DNA of 64,000 nucleotides. It comes from Tubiluchus corallicola. Its lineage: Eukaryota > Animalia > Priapulida. The notes beneath the pieces were generated by a model, which was not told where the DNA came from, made no database searches, and was given only the letters and a program-made list of their open reading frames with translations. This document shows positions 25,101 to 38,300 of this stretch, in pieces (positions within the stretch are counted from its first letter, which is position 1; each line of letters opens with the position of its first letter). Position numbers and translations under genes: made by a program. The DNA lies in the NCBI GenBank assembly GCA_030141605.1, contig JAQGDQ010000121.1, forward strand, positions 248,001-312,000, given 5' to 3'.

Positions 25101-28100
25101 CTTATTATCGTCATCGTTGTTGTCGTCTCATTGTCCTCCACGTCCTTAAAGTCGTGTCGTTGTTGTTGTCGTTGTCGTTCGTTTTCATATCATCATCATT
25201 CATCATTTATCACCTTTATTTATACAAATTTACAATAGCAAAAAGAAAACTACAAGATATAGTTTACTGTAAGCGTTCCAACCACTAATTTGCAGGTTTG
25301 AAGAAGCTAATGAAACCGAAATTAAGCAGGTGTGAAACCACAAGGCAATATAATATGTACAAACAGCACCACGATACTTTAATAGAGCTTGAGTGATCTT
25401 AATACCGCAGTGCCTTGAGGATGCAGCCACAATGATGTTAAAATTTTTAAATTTTGAAACCTGAGTTTGATATACTGCGTTTCCTAGCAGTGTTAATTAC
25501 TTCTTTCAACGAATATAGTCGCTTCTAAATTTTATGCAATCCTCAAAGGCACTAGACTTTTAACTATGCGTTGGCAGCAAAAATCTGCTGGCTTCCAAGA
25601 AGTAAATTAGCAAAACCTGCCAATTAAAAATAATTAACATCACTTCACGAGATTGTTGGAACTAACCTGCTGAATCTGTATGGAATGTTGTGTTTGTTTC
25701 TTCTCTATCGTATCTGCTATCAATTGATTTACAGGCAGCTTTAAGGCTATAGCTACTGAATGGTTCGAGATCATTGAATTTTAGCTGGATCCATGGCTCA
25801 AAACTCCTAAAATTTACTGACTTGAACAACGTCTTATTTTCCTATAAAATAATGGTGAATAAATTGAAAGCAAACACAGAATTCATCAAGAAAAACTATC
25901 ACGGTTAGTAGATGATAAATTTGGTTTGTTTTTTTACGTAAATGCTAAATATTGCCTACGGATTTTAAATCATAAAATCTCACGTTATACTGCAGTTAAA
26001 TTCAGGTAATGACAAATAAGTTTTGACATTTATTATTCAATAATATTTTGTTCGGCTAATGTTTCTTTTCTTCTATTTGTTCGTTCATTTATTCATTTTT
26101 TCATTTATTTTCAATGTTTTGTTCGATTGTTCATTCAATCTCTTGTTTGTTGATGGTATTGTTGATGGTATTGTTCTTCATTCATTAATTCGTTAATGCA
26201 CTCATTCATTCAATCTGGAATTTATTTTGCTTTGTGTGTGCGTACCTGTTCATTAGAACCATCTGTCTTTGCGACTGAAATCTGGCAATTGACTCTTGCA
26301 GTTGCTGCTAAGTTGGTATACTGAGCCAACAACGTTACCCAAGAACTACTTTTATTCTGCACCTCAAACACATCTGGTGGTGGCATTTTAACTGCAAGGG
26401 AAAAGTAACTTTCTTTAATAAGTGTCACAAGATACTAGGGCTGCATTAAAGGTTTTAGAAGGTGATCTGATGTGCACCGGAACGCATCAAACTGAAAGAA
26501 CCCACCTTCAAGAGATTTCATTAATATTCTGTTCTGACAATTCTTTTCATTCCTAATTATAATGTAGACAAATGCAAAGGAAAAACCAACGCTTAAGCAA
26601 CATTCATATGAACTCTTAGAAAATACTGAAATTACAACACAATATACGCACATAAAATGCTTCGTTCAAAAATGCGAAGCAATTTAGTTCATTCTTATCT
26701 CCCGCCAAACGAACCTCTCTGCGGATATAATTGAAATAATATTACGTAAGCTAGCATACATATAGATGGCGAAATTCATTCAGAAATTTCGCGATTCCAG
26801 CTGATTAAATCTTTGTGTTTAACTGTGTATATGTAAAAATTAGTCATCGGATCAATTAGCAATAACTTATAAAATGGTCACATAGCTTTAATCCACAGGA
26901 ATATACTTCAAAATGCGTAAGTACTGCGCATACTATAATTACAAACAAGCACGGAATTCTGCGAAGCTGCGAGCAAACAGAAGGTGCGGAGTGGGTTACT
27001 TCAGCTGTAGTTTGCTAAAATAATTATTCTGTTACATTGTTAACTATTCTGTTAACTAACCGAGTGTGAGGTTATTAATATTATAGTCAATAACTGCTCT
27101 TCATTACATAGTGGGCAACGGGATTCATCAAAAAGCAAAAAATAGTATTAATGACCTCTAGTTTAACGTTTTGGGTTGTTTACAGTTGATAATAGTAGTG
27201 GCAATTTCAGCTGCAAAAAAGTTTGCTCAAGAACTTGGCGGGTTAAGTGTTTAAATTGCACAGTAACTGGGTGGCCTCACTTTTCGCTCAAAATGAGTTT
27301 CTCTGAAACTTTCTAACATTTTTCTCAAATATTAAAATACGTTTCCGAAGGCATTGGCTTTTCCTTTAACTTTGCTGCTTAGTCAATCTAAAAGCTGAGT
27401 TTCTTTAAAAAGTCAGATCAAAAAAATACAAATGCGAGCCAGCTGCTGTGACATGTGTTTATGTTTACAATCAAGTTTTAATAATTTATTCGTTAAAGGT
27501 ATAAAGATCTTCTAATATAACATTTTTGTGCATTACTCGGTACTCAGTAACTGCAAATTTCATTAATTGTTTGGTGTATTGTTTCCAAATGTCTCTAGCT
27601 TCTAAAATAAGGATTGTACTACAATATACACGTTGCTCACTTTCAATAGCAAACTTTTAGTATCATGATTACGGTACGTCAATAATTGGTGGCAATTTTT
27701 AAACTAATAATGTATCGTTGATGCGCTGGTGCGTCAGAAATGATACTTGACATCGAATTTCCGTCAAAAATTATTATTCGCTATAATTTTTTACTGAAAG
27801 TTTTTAATGATGTGGCGAAAATGATGCACCCAGAGATACACATACGTAGTAAAAAACCCAAATTTAATATTCATTGCACGTAGCAAGCCAAGAACCTACT
27901 ATATAATTAAAGCTAAATACAATCACAAGTTTGTCTTCTCACCATTCTCATCATTTAACTCCATTAGCAGATTTTTCGATAAAGCAGTGCCAAATCGATT
28001 CGTCGAATTGACCCTCATGAAAAAAGTGGGATGTATGGCTGCACCTAGCTCTTTTCCTACTCCGTATGAAAGTGTGCAATAGAAAGTGCTATTATCCTCC

Positions 28101-30205
28101 GCTGTGCAGTTATCATTCCTCCCTATAAGATTCCCAGTTGTGACATTGAATGGGCATTGGACACTGATCTTCTTACACTTTTCCCATTTCTTCCCATATA
28201 TAGGTACCCAGCCTTTTCGACGTCTCTTGATCTTGAGAAACCAAAGGCTATGTTGTGTTTCCAGGTTAGGTATATTTCTTGGATTCCAGCTGCACTCAAC
28301 CTTTTCATAATTGTAAAACACACACTGAAAGTCAGTAGAAGGCGCTGGCTCCCTTCCCACTCTTACGTTCAGTATCCCTATCGAAGATTCGGCTCTTTTC
28401 AAACTGCAGGTATAGCTACCTCGGTTTTCCCATGTAGTGTTATTTAGCGTAAACACTGATGTATGTCTGTCGAGGTTAATGCTCAGATGTGTGACGTCAC
28501 GAAAGTCTGAAGAACTAGCGCCAAAGAGCCTGTGCTTCCAGACGACGGCGTCGGATTTCCATATTGTCTTATTGTAAATTATGCAAGCCAACGTTGTTCT
28601 GCTGCCCTCGTTAATTAAAATATCATTTCTTGGGTAAATTTCTGCAATTGAAAAACGTGTATTTGCTAATACTAGCAAAACCCTAGCAAAGGACATTCCT
28701 TTAAAACGATACTTAAGTGTCGAGAAATTTACAATATCTCGCACGGAAATGCATTTAAAAAACACAAATGCCAATGGCCACCCTATTGAGCATGCCGATC
28801 AAGACGATATAAAACACTCTGGTGGGGGTGGATATGCAGATATTTGCTCCATTATTATTACCTATACACACACAAGAAATTCGCGACAGTCTCACATGAG
28901 CCTGGGAGAGATGTTTGTTTCAAGCTGCTTATTTAGGAAATGGGTTCGAACCCTAAATGGAATGAACAAAAGTAATGAAGAAGCTACAATAAAGAAGCTT
29001 CAATAAAGAGAAGGTGGATATTTAGCTGTAATAAAATAGCTTATACCCAAACAAAATTACTCTGTCTGCTGTTATAGGCTGGCATAGTAATAAATGATAG
29101 GCTTCAAAGCATCACTACTATATTTTTCCTTATGTACAAAATTTTAAATGAAAAACAAAAACTTGCACACACCTCCTTTCCTCGGAAACGATCTTATATT
29201 TGTGACTAAAACGTTAACTTTTTTGGATTTTTGGGTGCCTGTCCGCCTACATTCGTACAAGCCACTATCCTCATAATTCACATCAGAAAGATTAAGGAAA
29301 GTTCTTGTTAAATTGTTGTCTATGAATACGTCTACTTTTACGTCTTTTATTTCTTTTTCTGTTCCAGAATAATCAATGTAGAACCAGAGCAATGTAGAGT
29401 TGAGCTCGTTATAAGAACACGATAAGACGAGACTAGATCTGTAAGCCACCACAAACAGCTGTCTAGAAGACCTTTCCTCAGACTTTTCCGTGGCTTTAAC
29501 GATTCGGATCCCTGCAATGATAACCGCTATAGTTTGTTACTAATTTTATGATCGCTGCACCCATTATTTAAAGTTTTATAAATATTGTCATAATCATAAT
29601 ATCATCGTCATCATAATTTTTACCTTTAATGACTACTACTCTGTTACAATCTTCTCATTTCCCTGTCGTCAATGCTATTTCATCGCGACTGTCGCTGTAG
29701 TCATTGTCATTGTCATTATCATTCATGTATTTGCCATCATCATCATTATCGCTGTCATCATTGTCATTGTCATGACGCTACCTCCACCAAAACCACTGTC
29801 TTTACCATCTCTACCATCGTTGTCATCATCATTCATCATCATTATCATGATCGTCGTTGTCGTCGTCGTCGTCATCATCGTCATCATCAACATCAACAGC
29901 AGCAGCATCTTTACCCTTTAACCATCATCATATACTTTAATTCAGAAAGTACCAGCACCCTTATCAAAGGCACAAAAAAGATTTTAGCAGATAAAATATG
30001 ATGAAACTCATTATTCAATGTTTTTTAACTTACAGGCATGTTTACGATGCCATTAAAAATCGTCCGCATGAGGAACAAACAAAGTACATAAAAATTTGAA
30101 TCGCATTACCAAGCGGAACTTACGCGGATATGTGACGTTTGTTGAGCTCATATTTCCCGAAACATTCCATATAACTGACAGCATCACTAGCAATATTTGC
30201 TTCAT
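20408..30205 (-). CDS. Class I cytokine receptor, gp130 (IL6ST)/Domeless-like, 11 coding exons, 1063 aa
   Basis: Hand-spliced exons with matching phases: 30205-30124 (signal peptide MKQILLVMLSVIWNVSG), 29511-29173 (Ig: LSC..W..DSGLYEC), 28641-27943 (Ig: LAC..W..NRGSYTC, then Cys-rich domain FQCVFYNYEKVECSW), 26391-26246 (VKMPPP hinge), 25841-25667 (LEPFSSYSLKAAC), 24587-24496 and 24249-24024 (FN3: VPLTGP..RTVQVYWQ..ARGLVEGYDV), 23464-23381 and 22540-22310 (FN3: IYWC..LQW), 22033-21925 (TM YIIIIVMGSTSFFIAIILIIIF), 21416-20408 (cytoplasmic tail with Box1-like FCNVADFP, QYSSV, YRPQ). Total 3192 nt. Confidence 0.86.
22112..22205. repeat. (GT)n/(GCGT)n/(CAGA)n compound microsatellite in a receptor intron
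   Basis: Read directly from the sequence. Confidence 0.9.
26620..27370 (-). repeat. Dispersed ~700-bp repeat, copy 2 (inverted, in receptor intron 3)
   Basis: Reverse-complement match to 18810-19530 in the same three blocks. Confidence 0.75.
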
Positions 30206-30663
30206 TATTGAAATTCATTTCATGCCCCTGTAATAAGTCAAAAGTGAAACGATTTTCCAAAAACACTCTAGTTAATAGAAAAATAGCTTAGAAGACGTGT
30301 ATGAGGAGTCTACGATTTAATTGTATTATTGTAATTATACACTTGTAGATATTACACACTGATCAGTGTAATTATATGCTGATGTAGGTATCTTTTTTGT
30401 AAACAAAATAGGCGTGTTGCGACATTAAGGTCTACTGTGAGACCCTCACGTTTTGGGACCTGGCGTCTGGGTGCGAAGATGTAAGGGTTACCACACATTG
30501 ACTGGTTACCGCCAAAGAAGACTGATTATATCTTGAATAAATTTGGCTTTTTAAATCGAAAATATATTTAATTATAAAATAACTTTATTTTTTCAGGATT
30601 ATCGTAAAGCGCGAGATACTGATAAAGCGTTATTACCTCGAATCTGGGTCGCAATGCAAACAC

Positions 30664-31130
30664 AATTCAATTCAATGATTTTTTATTTGGCTGATTTCCA
30701 TCACAAAACATTACAACTATATACATAATAATATGATAATAAAAACAGGCAAGGTTTGAAAATTGTACAAATCAGTCTCAAGGAGAGTAGGCCTTTAAAA
30801 CGTTGTAATTAAAATTATTTTGCCCAAGGAGGAATTTGAGCCCATTGTTGGATAGCAGTATTCGAAGGATTTCGGTAACCGTAACTAGTGTGAATGGCAG
30901 GAAGATAAAAGTTGCCCACAGGTCTCTACGAGTAAAACAGTTACGGATTTGTTGAACAGGAGTTAAATAATTGACTCATGTCATTAAATAACAGACAGAT
31001 GCAGGAGGAAGGAGCCATTATAATACTTGTACAGAAACAATAGACATTCGCAATGATATAATTCATTAATGAGATCCAAGAAGCTCCTGTACTTCGGTCC
31101 TCAAAAGGAAGGTGAAAAAGCATTTGAGAC
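30664..31130 (-). mobile_element. CR1/L2-group LINE 3' fragment with (TTGAA)n tail
   Basis: Broken minus-strand frames read ELYHCECLLFLYKYYNG..NFYLPAIHTSYG..QQWAQIP..FKGLL and end in AATAAA plus TTGAATTGAATTG. Confidence 0.6.
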
Positions 31131-32933
31131 GATTATTAAGTTGCTTAGTAGCCAGCATTTTGAGCCTCTCTGCGCCATTCTTGGTTTCAGTTCGAACGGA
31201 GGGCAATTATAAGCGCCTTAATCAGTCTTCGCTAGTTATTCAATCACTTAGTTAGTTAAACAAACACTGAATTAGGTAATACACCAGTTAGTTACTCAGA
31301 AAGTCAGTCAGTTAGTTCTTTACTAATAATTAAGTCAAGCAGTTATTTAGTCAGTAACTCAGTGAAAGCGCGGGTCATTAGCTATGTTATGCAATTAGTT
31401 AATCATTGAGCTGGTTAGGATTCAGTCAAGCGGGAGCGAGTGAATTAGTTAGTTAGTAACCCAGTTAGTCAGCCAGTTATATTAGGCCGCCAGGACGTCA
31501 CTTAGTAAGTCAGTTAGTTTTTAACTATTAGTCATAAATTATTTAATCAGATATTTAGTCAGCCATTCACCATGCTGAGGTCACGGGTACTGGTGTATAG
31601 CGGATGTCGAGACAACTGGCATCGAGCTCGCGGACACCGAGCAACGTCAAACATGTATGTTCATCCTGTATGTATCAGCAGCATTTTAATCACTGATACA
31701 TGATGACCAGTCACATAACATAATGTTTACACACTGTCTCACCTAGGGTTATTATTGGATGCAATATTGCCCTGCAGCTAATTTGCGCGCATTAATATGA
31801 ACAGACTTTTCTTATATGAAACTAACCACCACCGCTACTAAAAGCGTCAAGAAGAATACGAAAAGTGATCATATGTCAGATAATACTTAAACTAATAAAC
31901 GGGTAAACAAATCAATAGCGCAGCTTAATAAATGCAAACATGTACACAACTAACAAATGAAAGGAACCAATGAATGTTTGACAAGCAAACTAACAGAAAA
32001 ATAATAAACAAATAATGAAAAGTATAATGAAAAGTGACAAAAATGTTAAATATAGAATTTTTGTGGTACCAGTCACCAGAGTTTGCAGACCAGTTTTACC
32101 TCAAAATTCTGCATTGTATGGATATGACACCTAGTACTTGTATCAATAAATTAACACACAATGTATTTTTCCAAGAGCAACGGACTACGCTGTGATCTCG
32201 GTCCACTCTAGATCCAATTACACTACCATTTACACGACTTTGATTATATACTGAAGAAAATATCATTTTGAAGAGTGTGCTATTCACAATTTGCCATAGT
32301 TTTCACTCGTTAAGGTAAAGGTAATTGTAGGTAAGTGCAGAGATAATGAGGCGGAGGCTGTGTGCTATTGATAATAAGGCTTTGGGTGCATCAGTCGCCA
32401 TATATGGTAAGGTAAAAGATTGAAATAACGTAATTTTGATAAGTTTGCTAGGACATTGTCTTACTTCCGTTGTTTCGAACCTGACAACATAATTTATATA
32501 ACTTTTTGCTGGTGTATTACGTCGTGCCTTTTTTTCAAGCATTTAGTTTTTTCTTAGCCGCTGCTGAACCTTTCTTAACACTCTATTTTAGACCTGTCAC
32601 CCAAGTTTCCACCGTCTATAGGTGCATTTCTTGGTATTGCGCACATCAAGCTAACTTTACTAATACTTAGCAATCAGGCCACACTTCCTCAATATCGTTT
32701 GTTGGCGGAAACTAGCGTTAAGAGGAGGAGCATCATGGTGTCTTTCATACGTCAAACTTTATATCTTATTTTACTATATCATTTTGCATAAGTTTATTAT
32801 TATGATAGTCGTTTTGAAGATCATTATATACATTTTATTATTCATCAATCTATTCGGTAATCTTTAAAAGTAACTTATTTATAATATTAATAAATTGATT
32901 AGTATTATTATTCCATTATTGTCACTCTTTCGT

Positions 32934-33014
<81 letters not shown>

Positions 33015-33021
33015 GCAGCAA
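32934..33021. repeat. (CAG)n microsatellite, apparently non-coding
   Basis: CAG array with a 2-nt slip and no surrounding ORF. Confidence 0.9.
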
Positions 33022-34374
33022 TGCCCTGGTTTCGTAGTTGAACTATTATAAACTTCTTACATTTCTTTCTACAACGATTCTCATAGTTAAACTAATACTA
33101 CATGTTTGTTTATTTATTAATTAAGTGCAATAATACTCAAGGTTGTTTGCGCATGTAAAAGTTCTTAATGTGCCCAGTTGGAATCGCGAGAAAAACCACA
33201 TAGTTAGTTGGCGTATAAGCATAACCACCAGCTTCTGAGTCAGCAAAGCCAAGAAATAACAACTGAAATCTCAATTACATATAAGTCAAGACTATAAATG
33301 CTAAGACCGTTTGCAGCATTAACACGCATTAACACACTGATTGAGCAATTAGAGTTAGCAGGGATTTCACACCTGCGGCAAGTTGGGTTTCGCAGGTGTA
33401 GATCCAAGCGCAATAAATATTTTGTACCAGGTACTATCTATACAAAATTAGAATAAACTCGAGCTTAAAATTTATATCGTTTTTCAATTTTTTGAATTAC
33501 GTGACAAAGAAGACACAACTTTGTAGCAACTTGACACGAATGTTATAGTTCAATAATAACAAAGTTATATTAACACAACTTAATATAACTTACCAAAAAA
33601 GGTCTGTGTTATGCCACTTCAGCAATTCTTGCGTATATAGCGATTCTGTGCACGACTAAACTGAAAATCAAATGTGTTAATTACAGGACGGCACGTCCTG
33701 TTGTCGCTACCTCTGAGTGAAGAGCTACAATTTTGTTGACTATAATCGATATTAATAATAATTCACAATCGCGTATTTTAACAGTATTTTAGTTAGTGAA
33801 AAATTGTTGGTAGCTTAGATATGTCTAGTACACACGCAGGTACCTGTTGTGTAGTTTAGCCCACACTGTTCAGGATGTTTTGATCTAGTATCAAGTCCCT
33901 AAGCATCCGGGAAAAACCTCTTGTCAAATTTCACAAGTAAGTCAGCTTTGAAATTAATGAGAAGTGCTTAGAAAGCTTCTAGGGAAAAAGCAGGTGGTAA
34001 AGGGAATGATTTGTGAGTACTAAGGCGCCCCGGAGAAAGAAAACAAGACAAGTCGCTGTTGCTGTTTTTATTATTATTGTTGTTGTTGCTGCCGTCAGGC
34101 AAATAGGCAGATAGAAGGTACCCGGTATAGACTGATAGATAGGAAGGTAGACAGGTGGGCAAATAGATGATAAGTAAGCAAAACAGGAAAACAGAATTAG
34201 CAATATGGTAATGTAGCAGAGGGAGCAAGGGAGCAGATGAAGCAAGAGAGCGAGGGGGAAATACCAAGCGAGAGAGAGGGAGCGAGACAGGAAAAGACGG
34301 AGACGAGATTAGAAACAGAAAGAAAGAGAGAGACAGACGAAAGGCGAAAGGTGCCTATGCTGCAGTCTACCAAC

Positions 34375-34566
<192 letters not shown>

Positions 34567-34760
34567 GGTAATTATACTTACAAAAATTGAACAAATGAAT
34601 TTTCAACAACCTCCTAAGATCGTCGTCAACATTACCTTTGTGCAGAAGATCTAGAGTAACTATTCTATCAAGAAAGCAGACATTCACGGTTATCGAACGA
34701 AAATGCCGGCCTACAATCTGATATCAAACCGAGACTGCGTGTTGGATCTATGCGCATATC

Positions 34761-34854
34761 CAGGAATACAAGTAAATGTGGGCGGGATAATATCAATATT
34801 TTGGTTTCAGGAATACAAGTAAATGTGGGCGGAATAATATCAATTCTTTGGTTT
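34761..34854. repeat. Tandem duplication, 2 x 47 bp
   Basis: CAGGAATACAAGTAAATGTGGGCGG.ATAATATCAAT..TTTGGTTT occurs twice. Confidence 0.9.
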
Positions 34855-35146
34855 CGTTGATATTTAATGCTACATACATGGAAGTTAGCTAATCAGTACT
34901 TTATCCATTGGTGCTGTTGCTGGTGGTCGTGATCACATGGCGATAGTTACACTGATTATGGTGAAGAAAGGCTAAAATGATACGACTAGTAAGGCTGTTA
35001 TATAGGTAAATGCGTAACGTTACACTCAAGATACAACACGTACACAGTAAACAGCAAACTAATATTTTTTGGGCTTTTTTTATCTTTCTCGTGTTTTCCT
35101 GTAATGTAATAGAGGGAATCTATATTGTACATAGTTTTTAAAAATA

Positions 35147-35339
<193 letters not shown>

Positions 35340-38300
35340 CTGTACTGTGAATTTTGTATTTAAATTGTACTAGCGATTTCTCTGTGCTTAATAATTGTTA
35401 GTGATCGTTTGTGCTTTTCTATTCATTTTGTCTCTCCTGGAAATAGTTCATGGTGGTACTGAACTAAAGCTTCGCGTCAATTCATTTATTTATTGTGGGG
35501 TTGATTTTTTTATTAATTACACCAATTCATGACAATATTTCATGACAATGTTTATTTTTCAACACGTCATAAACCGGAAACCCAAGGTCGCCGGGAACCT
35601 TCTCTGTCTCGCCCGCTTCACACCATCCGCTCTCCCTCTCTCATTCCTTGGTTTGCTTCATGTCACCGGCAGCTTCTCTTCGCTGCCTAATTTCCTGATT
35701 CCTGAACCCAAGTCACCCAATTAACACCATTCAGTACGTGATTATTGTATAGTTCTTTAGTTTCACCACATATCTCGTATACCGTATGTAGTTTACTGTT
35801 TCCTAGTTGTTATAATAATTGCTAGGTCTATGCTCTATGGTGAGTAGGAGGACACTGTCTGACTCTAATAATCATAATGCTCTCAAGAATCGTATATTCT
35901 AGGAAAATCAGCACTGAATAGGGCCACGTATTTATATTTGATTTAAAAATTATGGAAGCCGGAGTACTCACACGAGTCTTCTTGAAATTGTGTAAAGGCA
36001 TCTTATGTAACATATATTTTAGCTTTCCAAGTGGAACTTTAACAGAATTATAATAATGACTTTTGTAACCATGGTAGGTCTTACATATTTTTAGCTGAGG
36101 TCATACAGTGACGTAGGAACAAAATATTTATTTGCTCTCCCCTTCTGTGTTCTCTGTTCCCTGTTCTCTCTCTATATTATATATTATTAATATAAAGATA
36201 GCTTATGTTTGAGAAATAATGTCAAAAATATTTACATGATATCGAATTTTTTGTGTTGTTTTGCTAATTATCCCTTCATCCTGTTGAACTTTAAGCAGGG
36301 GCGGACTAAGGATTTCACGGTCCTAAGGCTACCAACAAACGAATGACTTAAACATATAGGCTATTCACAATTGTACATTCAATTGTGCTATACTGGTGAT
36401 CCCGAAATCAAAAGGCGAGTTGCTGTTCATCATTAAGACTACCTCTGACGAAGATTCTAAAATGTTGGACAACGGGAAGAACCTAAAATTCTACACACGT
36501 CTATATTCGTACATTTACAAGTGTTGAATTCTTGTATCTGAATATTCTGTGTGCAAACGACCTATGTGTCCAAATAACGCATGTTTTCAAATAACGTATG
36601 TGCCCAAAATACCTTCGCCCAAATGTGTGTTCAAAACAAACAGTTTCCGGGTTACCTATGTGGCCAAGATGATCTGTATCCAACTTTTTGTGAAGAAGCA
36701 TACCGTGTCCCCAACTGTGTTGATAGGTGTACGGTGGAAAGTTTGGCATGGGGGCATAACGAATTTTTCCTGAAAGTTGCTCTAACCAGATATGAGCGAA
36801 TTCTAAATAATTACAAACAGAGGATCACATAATTATATAGAATACAAACTAACAAAAATATCTATAAACAAAGTACATGCATTTGTATTTATAGGCTTAT
36901 ATGTTTATACTTGCATATTTGCACTCAACATAAGATATTGTAATTCCAATAGTAAGAATTAAGCTTACAAAGAATTGCAAGACGTCTAAATTATAATAAC
37001 TAATCAAATTACTGTACTGCAAAAATCGAACTTAACAAGACATAAACCAAGGTTTGTGCTTTTCCTGAGCAAATACATACAAATATTTTCAAGCTTACCT
37101 TTTCTAATGTTTCAGACAGTTAAAAGAAATAATGGTGAGAGTATATGCTTTCATTTTTCTTTTGCAAACTTGTCTGGAACCTGGTCAGTACTTTGATGAG
37201 TATGTATTGAAAACGTTTGAAGGACTTAACTGGTTTTGTGAAGTAAATTTGATAGGACCTACTATTATTAACTTTAAAATCATTAAAGGCTAAAAAACAA
37301 CGTGCCTAACCAGAAACACTTTAATTGCAGTCAGTAAAATGAGGCCATATGTAAGCAATTTTTGAATATTGAAATCTTAACTTTTGAAATTTTAAAATAT
37401 TATTTGCCCTGAAAAGGTACATTTCGTTTGCCTTGGAAGGGCTGTTACCCCCCTCCGAGCCTAGCTGACAAACAAGTTTGATTAAAAAAGCGCCCGTCTA
37501 AGCGGTCTTAAAGAAAAAAAGTCCCGAGACTGTTTGCTGCGCAGATAACTCGGGGCATTTTGTATGTATTTTCTTTCTGAGTTTCTGCGAGACATAATTA
37601 ATTAATCGGAAACATCTGCCGACTCGTTGCAACCTTGTGTCACAGTTTTTCTTTCCTTTACACCTTTTTAGTGATGACCTGTGATGACCTTTAAGCTTGA
37701 TAATGATCTTGATTCTGATGCATTCTTCCAATACTTATTTGGCGGCTTGCAATAATAGGTGACGCACAGGAGCAAAGATTACTGCATTTTAAGTTGTTTG
37801 CAATGACTACAAACACTCTGTAAGATGTATATTTTAACATTTTTATGCTGTATTACAATGGCCACCATTTAAGTGGAAAAACTTGACTTCAGATAATCTG
37901 TGACTCGTTTTAACAATCTGAGTGTGAGTTCCTACTGATATCAATTAGTTAACAAACTACGGCAAGCTTACCTTAACACTGCTACATTGCGCGACTTAAA
38001 ATTCTACTTTTTACGCACATTTTCCATTATCTTTGCTGACTTGCGGCTTTGTCATGATTTTGGGCTGCCATTCTACTGAATTTTAGTAATATCTCTCATA
38101 GCACAGCTTCGTTCACCCATTCTTGCGTTAGACCAATTTCATCAGACCTTAGAGTCATAATTTTGAACCAAATAACCCTCGACCCTAGCAACTACGCATT
38201 GGGGTCTAAAAATAATTTCACGCTCCCCCTGAAACTTCAAAAAATCTTAAAAACGACAGTAACCTAATAGTCTAAAAGTCTTCGTTCATTATTTTTTCTC

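Noticed and set aside
29672-30001. His/Cys-rich ORF
   Set aside because: Degenerate (CAT/CGT)n tract within receptor intron 1.
33594-33720. Candidate non-coding first exon of the receptor (TTG|GTAAGT donor near 33594)
   Set aside because: A donor consensus alone is not enough evidence.
36501-36832. Three overlapping short ORFs
   Set aside because: Built from degenerate short internal repeats typical of non-coding element interiors; no protein motif.
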